Below are positions 56,283-64,000 of a stretch of 64,000 nt of DNA, one piece after another. The stretch's first letter is position 1. Each line of letters begins with the position of its first letter. Position numbers and translations under genes: made by a program. A model generated the notes under the pieces. It ran no database searches, was not told the DNA's origin, and was given only the letters and a program-made list of their open reading frames with translations. The stretch comes from a cyanobacterium endosymbiont of Rhopalodia gibba. GTDB taxonomy: Bacteria > Cyanobacteriota > Cyanobacteriia > Cyanobacteriales > Microcystaceae. The stretch lies in assembly GCA_045159875.1 (NCBI GenBank), contig CP067995.1, positions 2,208,001 to 2,272,000 of the forward strand, written 5' to 3'.

Positions 56283-56455
56283 GTTGTGGTAGCCGACAGG
56301 AAGCGTTAAAAGAGTACTCCGTAGACAGAATATAAGCTTACAGTGACTTTTGGTCAGGATTGTCTGTGTTTAACTACTTTTTTGTTTCTCTTGACTACTA
56401 AAGACATCCCGAAGCCCTTTTCAATTAGTGAGAGTGGAGGACTGATATTACAGAC
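56283..56455 (+). mobile_element. Possible decayed IS200/IS605 3' end
   Basis: GC-richer patch gtagccgacaggaagcgttaaaagagtactccgtagacagaatataag...aagacatcccgaagccc...ggaggactg loosely follows the tnpB-tail/right-end layout. Confidence 0.3.
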
Positions 56456-56934
56456 ATTTTAGAGACAACAACTGAGACTTGACTAAATGAGATGATAACT
56501 CGGTCAGCAGAAAATAACGGTTTAGAAATAGTAGTAAGTAGGTAAGATTAAATAAGTGTAAAATAGAAAAGTAGTTGAAAAAGAGTAATCACTAAATACT
56601 AGCCTCCTTAAAAATTTAATTAACTTAATTATTAAAAGTAATAGTTTAAGTAAAATAAGTGCGAGGAGAAAACCAATTACAATGACGTATTCATTTGATT
56701 TTAACATTTATTAATGAAACTAAAACTTATAGTAAATTGTAAGTATTTTTAGTCTCTTGACTAGAAGTATCTCGTCAGTTCTATTTAGAGGCTGTAGAAA
56801 AATACAATCAGTCTCTTAACAAATTATCTAAATTTCATTGAGGCAAAAATCTTTGCTTTTAAATCAACATCTTTCTTTTAAACAAAGAAGACTAAATTTA
56901 CAAAAATGTAATATTGTTAACAATCATCAATTAC

Positions 56935-58215
56935 TTATGCGACCCAAAGATGTTGGGCAAAACGAATTGAAAAACTGACTAATAAAACAGTACAGAACCC
57001 AATCATAGCATATCCCCAACGAGGATGATTTGAGAGTAATACTCCTAAACCTAGGCTAAGAGAAATAATCCCATAAGCCAAACGACTCAAAGAGATGGTA
57101 CCACCAGATGCTAACAACAATCCCAAGGAGGAAAACCCATAAGTAACTACAACAAAACTGAGCTGATTTCGTAAGTGCCATAGTAAATAAATTCCACCTA
57201 AAACAGATATCGTATTGATCAAAGGATCACCAATTAATAACCATAATAAAAATAGTAATCCACAACAACTATAATCAAAACGAGTTGCCCCTAGACAATC
57301 GCGATAATGCCATAAGCCATAAGCAATTATACTCATTAGTAATAATAAAAAAGGATGTAATAGATCCCATGAATTCTCATAATGCCATTGATTTCTTCCT
57401 GTGGTAATTTCAACCAACATAGTCCCCCATCCTTGCCAATCAATACCACGACTACGGTTCCATTGGGTATGCTGAACGGTAATAAATGCCAAAGGATCAT
57501 TAAACTGCACCCAGCAATAGCCACTATACAGTAAAACTCCTAACGCACTACCAAAACTTGTTACATAAGCAGTAATGGGAACGCGTCTGCACCATGCTGT
57601 GAGAAAAAAGGCGGGAATTAAAGCTAATCCTGTAATGCGAGTTGCGGTTGCCAACGTTCCCCACGCTGCAGCTTGTAGGTAAGACTGGCGATCAAAAGCC
57701 CATAAAGAAGCGGTGCTTAAAAATAGAAATAGTCCTTCAGTATAGACAACTGCGGTAAATAATGAGAGGGGACACCAAGCTAAAATGGTCGTTGTCCACT
57801 GTGCCGTCTTAATGCCATCTGTCCTTTTCACCCAATGAAAAACAATAAATAAAGTTCCTAAAAAGGCTAAATTATTAATCAATGTTCCCGCCACTTCTGC
57901 TGATAATCCTAACCCCATTACAATCCTGATTGTTAAAGGGAAAAAAGGAAAAAAAGCTACGTTAGCTCCCGGTATAGTTCCGATGCCATCATAATTGGCT
58001 GTAGCAATTTCTTGATAGAAATTACTATCCCAAGCAGAAAAAACCCCCCAACCCCATTCAGTCTTAATTCCACCTGAAGGAGCTTCAAGTAACGGGGCAA
58101 TCCCTAACATCCCTACAAGAATTAATCCTCGACTCAATAGCCAAGTCCCGATAATAAACCATAAGGGTTGCCAGAAAAATTTTCCTAACTTCTGAGTAGT
58201 GACTCTTAACTTCAT
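56935..58215 (-). CDS. PIG-V-like membrane mannosyltransferase (GT-C fold)
   Basis: AWDSNFYQEIA, NVAFFPFFPL, YTEGLFLFLS, ATATRITG, DPLAFI..Q..W.R, SLSRL. Confidence 0.87.
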   Translation of the reverse strand: MKLRVTTQKLGKFFWQPLWFIIGTWLLSRGLILVGMLGIAPLLEAPSGGIKTEWGWGVFSAWDSNFYQEIATANYDGIGTIPGANVAFFPFFPLTIRIVMGLGLSAEVAGTLINNLAFLGTLFIVFHWVKRTDGIKTAQWTTTILAWCPLSLFTAVVYTEGLFLFLSTASLWAFDRQSYLQAAAWGTLATATRITGLALIPAFFLTAWCRRVPITAYVTSFGSALGVLLYSGYCWVQFNDPLAFITVQHTQWNRSRGIDWQGWGTMLVEITTGRNQWHYENSWDLLHPFLLLLMSIIAYGLWHYRDCLGATRFDYSCCGLLFLLWLLIGDPLINTISVLGGIYLLWHLRNQLSFVVVTYGFSSLGLLLASGGTISLSRLAYGIISLSLGLGVLLSNHPRWGYAMIGFCTVLLVSFSIRFAQHLWVA

Positions 58216-58222
58216 CTTTGTC

Positions 58223-58468
58223 TTAATTGGAGACTCCTAGGAGAGTTATTAAATCAATGTGACGCTGAAACTCTGCGATCTTTCCTTAATAAATGGTAAG
58301 AACGTGAACCCATTTGTTTTGAAGGAATTTAGCCTTAAGCTGTCGTTCTAAAGTCAGTCCATGCCGTCAAATCTCCTTAGTTAATAAAGGACTTAGCAAG
58401 CTATAATTTCCTTCTTTCGCGACTTCGCAGAGTTGTTTGACGATTACTAAGTTTTTTGATTCATCCAT
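58223..58468 (-). pseudogene. SnoaL/NTF2-like protein pseudogene with large internal deletion
   Basis: MDESKNLVIVKQLCEVAKEGNYSLLSPLLTKEI*...FLQNKWVHVLTIY*GKIAEFQRHIDL resembles N..IV..LY.A...GD......LL..D..W...WVHV.T..DGKI.EF..Y.D. Confidence 0.6.
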
Positions 58469-58682
58469 AATCTTTACTACTTCGCCGTCTTTCAATTTAG
58501 CAAACTCTAGACTCAAAAAATACCTTGGTCACTCATTTGTTATCACAGATGTCGATAATAAACAAATTATCCAAATCAACCAACTTGGAAAAAAATAAAC
58601 TGCTAATTTAGATTGATTTATAACTTCTGAAATACGATTAATGATTTTATGTTAGTTTTAAAGAAATCTTAAAGATGTTCTT

Positions 58683-58744
58683 AAAACAGGGTAAGCTTTA
58701 GATTATTTACCAGAAGGTAAATAATCTAAAGCTTACCCTGTTTT
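58683..58744. repeat. Perfect 29-bp inverted repeat (4-nt loop)
   Basis: aaaacagggtaagctttagattatttacc-agaa-ggtaaataatctaaagcttaccctgtttt. Confidence 0.95.
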
Positions 58745-59130
58745 CGAACTTAGATCAATTTTTAGTTGCAATCTCTTTGTGTAAATTGCATCACAATCGT
58801 AGCATAGAAATATAGTAACAGCCTATCGTTCTACCTATAACCAAATAATCTTTCAATTTACATCTTTATATTGGGGCAGTTGACTAAAACAAATTACTAG
58901 TTTAGGTTAAGGAAGGCTAGAGACAGATATTAAAGTATTGATTGTCGGAATCAAATTTCGAAATTTTTTTAGGACAACACTGTGTTCATTAGTCCCTTCA
59001 GCTTTATGCAAAAATTAGGGTACTGACCAACTGATTCTCGGTTATGACTATTATTGGAATCACCTTTATCTTGTTACTAAAGAAGAAAGATAATTGAAAC
59101 AGTCATAGGACAATTCTACCTCATCGAGTT

Positions 59131-60172
59131 TTATTCAAATCTAGCTTCTTTGCGTAACAACTCGTCAATGGTCATATATATTTGAAGTTTTCTCGCAAAG
59201 ACTGTCCTGACTTCAAATTTTTGAACTTTTGTAAAATGATAACCTTATTCTGAATAAATGAATATAATCTACTTGAGTCGCCAATTATGGGACTTGTTCG
59301 CGGTAAAATTTGATAAATTCTTCTAAAGTCCAATTATATTGTGTTTTTTTTAAAAAAACATAAACAAATAAAGGTTGCGACAAGGGCTGATGTTTGTTCT
59401 TCTCCATAGTTTCAGTTGAAATAAACACCCCGCTTTCGCCATTATCAATGGCGAAAGCGGGGTGTTTATCTTGGTTTTGTTGATAATAAGAATAGCTAAA
59501 GTAACCCAAAGTATTAAGAGCTTAAGCAACCCTAATTACTAGTGCTTCATCATCCTTTCTGAAAACATAGTCTGAGCAACTTTCTGTTGCTTCACCCATG
59601 ATCGCTTCGGTAAGATGATTATAGGTTCCCGAGCTTTTACTGAGACTGTAAACAATTAAGGAACAATCAGGATAAGAGCAATAAATTTAATTCCAGAAAA
59701 CTATCATATTTTGAGCTTAAAACTCCTATATTTGTGCTGATTGACTCACTTTGAGGAAATAGAACCAAGTAGGAGATTTGCCACGACTATGAGCGGATAA
59801 AAAACAACAGGAAGTTCAATATCACAAACTGTGTTATTACTACAAAATTTCATTTCTGCCGAAGAAATAGGACGAGAGGCTGCATTGATGTCTATTTTCT
59901 CTGTACAAAATTTTCTAAATCCTTCTCTTCTCTTATCCCTGAAAAATTGTTTTCTATCGTCAGATCTTTAACTCGCTTATGGACAGGTTGTTTTTGATAG
60001 GTTTCTAACACTACTTCGGTTATCGAAAATACCGCACTCAAGCCATCTATCTTGATGGAGTGAATATCGTTAGAGATCACCTGGTTATAAGCTGGCATGA
60101 TTGCTATAACTACGATTAGAATCGTTGCCTTCGTAATATCTAAAGGAGCATTTAAGATATGTAATCTTTATA
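59131..60172 (-). pseudogene. Second PstS-family phosphate-binding protein, pseudogene, divergent from pstSCAB
   Basis: SIKIDGLSAVFSITE / FCTEKIDINAASRPISSAEM...IELPVVFYPLIVVAN / LGYFSYSYYQQNQDK..AFAIDNG...QPLSQPLFVYV / TIDELLRKEARFE* match IKIDGSSTVYPIT, FCAGETDI.NASRPI, YQPLSRPLFIYV; several frameshifts, stops and deletions. Confidence 0.88.
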
Positions 60173-60250
60173 GATTATCTCACAATTTGTTTCCCATCAG
60201 AAATACAGTGACCATGTGTATTATTTCATTATGGTTTTCAACTCATTTTT

Positions 60251-60447
60251 AGTAACCTAAACTTAAATCAAAGTTAATTGAAAAGTTCAAGCTTTACCTA
60301 ACAAAACCACACCACAATCCTAAAAGTTAAAAGCTAAAATAAAAATGAATAAATAGTGAAGATTTATCTATTTTCCTCAGATGGTTTATAAAACCTAGAC
60401 TAAGAACTATATTTCTTAACCTATTGTTTACCCAAATTCGTTAACTT
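60251..60447 (+). promoter_or_regulatory. Candidate cyanobacterial Pho-box half sites upstream of pstS
   Basis: PyTTAAPyPy(T/A)-like units at 11-bp period: agtaacct 60251, cttaaatc 60262, gttaattg 60273; also ctttacct 60292 and a perfect cttaacct 60415. Confidence 0.4.
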
Positions 60448-60497
60448 CTGTTTGAATGTTTATTGTGTAAGTAACTCAATTTACAAAACACCCAAAT

Positions 60498-61658
60498 ATG
60501 TTAAACTTTTTCGAACTCGAACAACGTCCTTTTCGTTTAATATCTTCCCTATCAATACTGGCATTAATAGTAAGTTTAGGGGCTTGTGGTGGCACGACTT
60601 ATGATGATAGGTCTATCGAGGAAACGGCTACTAACATAAACAAACCTCCATTAGAAGGTAACGTCACTCTAACCGGTGCAGGGGCATCTTTTCCCGCACC
60701 TCTCTACCAAAACTGGTTTGTTCAACTCAATAGTGCAATTCCTGAGCTTCAAGTTAACTATCAGTCTATAGGTAGTGGCGCAGGAGTCGAACAATTTACA
60801 ACTGGAACAGTAGACTTTGGTGCTAGTGATGTAGCAATGAAAGATGAAGAAATCGCAAAAGTTTCTAGAGGAGTGATATTGCTTCCTATGACTGCCGGAA
60901 GTATTGTAATGGCTTATAATCTTCCTGGGGTTAAAGGGCTGAAATTGTCTCGGGAAGCCTATGTAGGAATCATGCAAGGCAGTATCACTAACTGGAGTGA
61001 CCCCAAAATTGTTGAAGCTAACCCTGATTTAACTTTACCTAGTCAACCAATTACCGTCATTCACCGTTCTGATGGTAGTGGAACCACTGAAGTCTTCACC
61101 AAGCATCTGAGTGCGATTAGTTCAGAATGGGAAACTATGATCGGCCAAGGAAAAAGTGTAGAATGGCCTACCACTAAGGGAAGATTTATCGGTAGCAAAG
61201 GAAATGAAGGGGTAACTGCTACTATTCAACAAAATGAAGGAGCCATCGGCTATATTGAGTATGGCTATGCGAAGAATAATGGTTTAACCATGGCAGCCTT
61301 AGAAAATTTATCAGGGAACTATATAGAACCCAGTGACGAGTCTGCACAACAGACCTTAGAGGCGATTACTCTTCCTGAAAACTTACGAGTTTTCATCACC
61401 GACCCTGAAGGAGATCAATCCTATCCCATTGTGACCTATACTTGGATACTGGCTTACAAGCAATATGACGATCCTCAAAAAGCTATCGCCATGGAGGCCA
61501 TGGTTGAACATGTGTTAAACTATGGACAGGAAGCTAGTAAAGAACTCGGTTATGTTGCTTTACCTCCTAATGTCAAAGAGAAAGTAGCCGCGGCTGCTGA
61601 TGTAATTAGCCCGGACTACACTATTAAGGTCAAACAAACAGACAATTTTCTAGATTGA
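60498..61658 (+). CDS. pstS: Phosphate ABC transporter substrate-binding lipoprotein
   Basis: Lipobox LGAC, GAGASFPAPLY, NYQSIGSGAG, DFGASD, HRSDGSGTT, YPIVTYTW. Confidence 0.96.
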   Translation: MLNFFELEQRPFRLISSLSILALIVSLGACGGTTYDDRSIEETATNINKPPLEGNVTLTGAGASFPAPLYQNWFVQLNSAIPELQVNYQSIGSGAGVEQFTTGTVDFGASDVAMKDEEIAKVSRGVILLPMTAGSIVMAYNLPGVKGLKLSREAYVGIMQGSITNWSDPKIVEANPDLTLPSQPITVIHRSDGSGTTEVFTKHLSAISSEWETMIGQGKSVEWPTTKGRFIGSKGNEGVTATIQQNEGAIGYIEYGYAKNNGLTMAALENLSGNYIEPSDESAQQTLEAITLPENLRVFITDPEGDQSYPIVTYTWILAYKQYDDPQKAIAMEAMVEHVLNYGQEASKELGYVALPPNVKEKVAAAADVISPDYTIKVKQTDNFLD

Positions 61659-61723
61659 TGTCCTACATTGACTAGATTAAATCACTTATAAATTTTTCCT
61701 AGTCTTTTCTAAAAGACTAAACA

Positions 61724-61825
61724 ACCTGAGTTCAGAGTTTAGGGATATTTCGACGCAAAAATTAGGAATAGAGACTTCTGATTACTGCAAATTTTCCGTG
61801 AACTTGACTTGTGCTGAACTCAGGT
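61724..61825. repeat. 12-bp inverted repeat pair with 78-nt spacer between pstS and pstC (MITE-like or mRNA structure)
   Basis: acctgagttcag (61724-61735) ... ctgaactcaggt (61814-61825). Confidence 0.65.
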
Positions 61826-61883
61826 AAACAAATCATCGAGTTAAACTGTCATTTCTTACTTTCGACTTGATTATTCTTAAATT

Positions 61884-62852
61884 ATGATTGCACCTACTGC
61901 TTCTAAGTTTAAACAAACTGGAGTTGGCGTTCGCTCTGTTCTGGAGAAAACTTTCAATACTGGTTTTATTTGGCTGACCTTAGCCTTTGCAGTCAGCATT
62001 GGGTTAATTTTATTGTCCATTGCCATTGTAATCATTATGCGAGCCTGGCCAGCAATTAAAACCTACGGGGTTGGCTTTATTACCAATAGTGCTTGGAATC
62101 CCGTTATAGGAAAGGAAAAATTCGGAGCGTTACCGGTTATTTATGGAACTCTGATGAGTTCCTTCATTTCTCTATTCATTGCCGTTCCCTTAGGGATAGG
62201 AACGGCACTGTTTTTAAGTGAAAATTTTATCCCTCTTAAATTCCGCACCTTTTTAGTGTTCATGGTGGAACTATTAGCCGCTATTCCTAGTGTGGTGTAT
62301 GGGCTATGGGGTATTTTTGTCCTAATTCCCATTATGAACCCTATTAGTTCCTGGTTACACAACAACTTCAGCTGGGTACCCTTTTTTGCCACCCCTCCTG
62401 CTGGACCGGGAATGTTACCTGCGGGAATTGTCCTTGCCATTATGATTCTGCCTATTATTACTGCAGTTTCCCGTGATTCCTTAGCTTCTTTGTCCCCTGA
62501 ATTACGCCAAGCTTCTTTAAGCTTGGGAGCAACCCGTTGGGAAACGATTTTTCGTGTATTGATTCCGTCAGCTATTTCGGGAATTGTTGGAGGAATTATG
62601 TTAGCTCTTGGTCGTGCAATGGGGGAAACTATGGCAGTTACGATGATTATCGGGAATGCTAATAAAATCAGCATCTCTCTGCTCGAACCGGCAAACACCA
62701 TCTCTTCTCTTTTAGCCAACCAATTTGCTGAAGCATCAGGAATGCAGGTTTCTGCCCTGATGTATGCTGCGTTGGTCTTAATGGTTTTGACCCTAATTGT
62801 TAATGTTGCAGCCGATTGCATTGTAACTCAGGTGCGAGCCAAGTATCAGTAA
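61884..62852 (+). CDS. pstC: Phosphate ABC transporter permease PstC
   Basis: ELLAAIPSVVYGLWG, EAA-like loop RQASLSLGATRWETI, RAMGETMAV. Confidence 0.96.
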   Translation: MIAPTASKFKQTGVGVRSVLEKTFNTGFIWLTLAFAVSIGLILLSIAIVIIMRAWPAIKTYGVGFITNSAWNPVIGKEKFGALPVIYGTLMSSFISLFIAVPLGIGTALFLSENFIPLKFRTFLVFMVELLAAIPSVVYGLWGIFVLIPIMNPISSWLHNNFSWVPFFATPPAGPGMLPAGIVLAIMILPIITAVSRDSLASLSPELRQASLSLGATRWETIFRVLIPSAISGIVGGIMLALGRAMGETMAVTMIIGNANKISISLLEPANTISSLLANQFAEASGMQVSALMYAALVLMVLTLIVNVAADCIVTQVRAKYQ

Positions 62853-62915
62853 TAGAGGAATGGTAAAAATTAAGCTTTCTCTCCTCTGTCTCTACCGTTT
62901 TACTTTTCAAAAAAA

Positions 62916-63799
62916 ATGACTGATTCAAGTGCAACCGAGATTGGTTTAACTCTAAAAAAAAACTAGGCAATTCCCGCACCCTATTTAACAGCTTCTGGAC
63001 GGCTTTAGCCTCTTTATGTATGATTATCACTTTAATCCCCTTAGTTGCAGTTCTTATTTTCGTGATGCTTCAGGGATTAGGGCAAGTCAACCTGGATTTA
63101 TTTACCAAGCTTCCCCCACCGCCTGGATTGTCACAAGGAGGTATTGCTAACGCTATTCTTGGAACTTTACTAACTGTAGGTTTAGCGACTCTTATTGCTG
63201 TTCCCATTGGGGTACTCACTGCCGTTTATCTATCAGAATTTAGCGCAGGGAATCAAATTGCTCGTTGGGTTCGTTTTGCAACCAATGTTCTCAGTGGAGT
63301 TCCTTCAATTATTGCTGGCATTTTTGCTTATGGTTTATTCGTCGCAACAAAAATTGTTGGGTTTTCTGCCGTTGCAGGAGGAGTAGCTTTAGCTGTATTG
63401 ATGTTACCAACTATTATCCGGACAACGGATGAAGCCTTACAACTTGTTTCTCAAGAAATCCGTTGGGCAGCCTTTGGACTGGGGGCTTATAATTACCAAA
63501 CAGTCTTAAAAGTTGTCCTTCCCGCGGCTGTTCCTGCTATTTTAACTGGAGTAACCTTAGCGATTGCCCGTGCTGCAGGGGAAACCGCTCCTTTAATTTT
63601 TACGGCTTTGTTTTCTAACTTTTGGCCTAAGGGAATCTTTGAACCTATTGCCACTCTATCAGTGTTAGTTTATAACTATGCTATTGTTCCTTTTAAGCCC
63701 CAACAAGAATTAGCCTGGACAGGGTCCTTAATTTTGGTTTTGTTAGTGTTAATTACCAGTGTAGCTACTCGTTGGGCAACTCGACAGAAAACTTATTAA
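62916..63799 (+). CDS. pstA: Phosphate ABC transporter permease PstA; one-base frameshift in A9 run at 62954-62962 (main ORF 63020-63799)
   Basis: GGIANAILGT, LSGVPSIIAGIF, ARAAGETAPL. ATG 62916 gives MTDSSATEIGLTLKKN*; adding one A gives ...LKKKLGNSRTLFNSFWTALASLCMIITLIPL in frame with the main ORF. Confidence 0.9.
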
Positions 63800-63828
63800 T
63801 TGATAGTGAACAGTAATAGACAACTTTG

Positions 63829-64000
63829 ATGATAGATAACGAAATTTCGGATTCTATTAAGACAGAAACAGTTTTTACCTTAGAAAATGTTGATATCTTC
63901 TACGGAGATTATCGAGTGGTTCGGGATGTTACTTTTCCCATTTACAAGAATAAAGTGACTGCTTTTATCGGTCCTTCAGGTTGTGGAAAAAGCACCATTC
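63829..64000 (+). CDS. pstB: Phosphate ABC transporter ATP-binding protein (runs off window end)
   Basis: MIDNEIS...[39 protein letters not shown] (Walker A). Confidence 0.93.
   Translation, partial: MIDNEISDSIKTETVFTLENVDIFYGDYRVVRDVTFPIYKNKVTAFIGPSGCGKSTI

Noticed and set aside
37488..56707. AT-rich hydrophobic mini-ORFs (37488-37688, 43842-44033, 44856-45041, 56522-56707)
   Set aside because: They have low-complexity F/I/L/Y/K composition expected by chance in very AT-rich decayed DNA, and no motifs.
59285..60098. ORFs 59285-59509 and 59892-60098 as separate small proteins
   Set aside because: Both are fragments of one broken PstS-family gene.

Overview
Cyanobacterial chromosome segment of the Cyanothece/Crocosphaera type, showing clear genome erosion. 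Bases 1-15954 hold the large ribosomal-protein cluster (rplB 3' part to rplO, secY, adk, infA, rpmJ, rpsM, rpsK, rpoA, rplQ, truA, rplM, rpsI, rpmE) and prfA. The rest is intact housekeeping genes separated by long AT-rich spacers: a CDF metal exporter, dnaE-N with the N half of a split intein, cysH, pyrH-frr, yggT, an lpxB-like gene, mraY, tlyA, a spoIID/lytB gene, a gyrA/parC paralogue, glgX, sufE, a cysteine desulfurase, a pentapeptide protein, two GT-C-type membrane glycosyltransferases and pstSCAB. Hand translation of the spacers shows they are largely dead genes and dead IS elements. The dead genes include a VOC protein, ycf35, an amidohydrolase, a four-helix-bundle protein, chlN, a second spoIID, a DivK-like regulator, a SnoaL protein and a second pstS. 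The dead elements include IS630 x2, ISL3, IS982 x2 and IS200/IS605-TnpB ends. A broken chlN together with this erosion suggests (by inference) a non-photosynthetic endosymbiont such as a rhopalodiacean diatom spheroid body. The most notable details are a one-base frameshift in an A9 run of otherwise intact pstA, several perfect 13-29 bp palindromes in heavily decayed DNA, a TnpB right-end/omegaRNA relic just upstream of pyrH, and an orphan Zn-finger/RelE-ParE-like small gene between sufE and the cysteine desulfurase. I did not find a convincing complete novel multi-gene system. All family assignments come from recognising motifs by eye, not from database searches.
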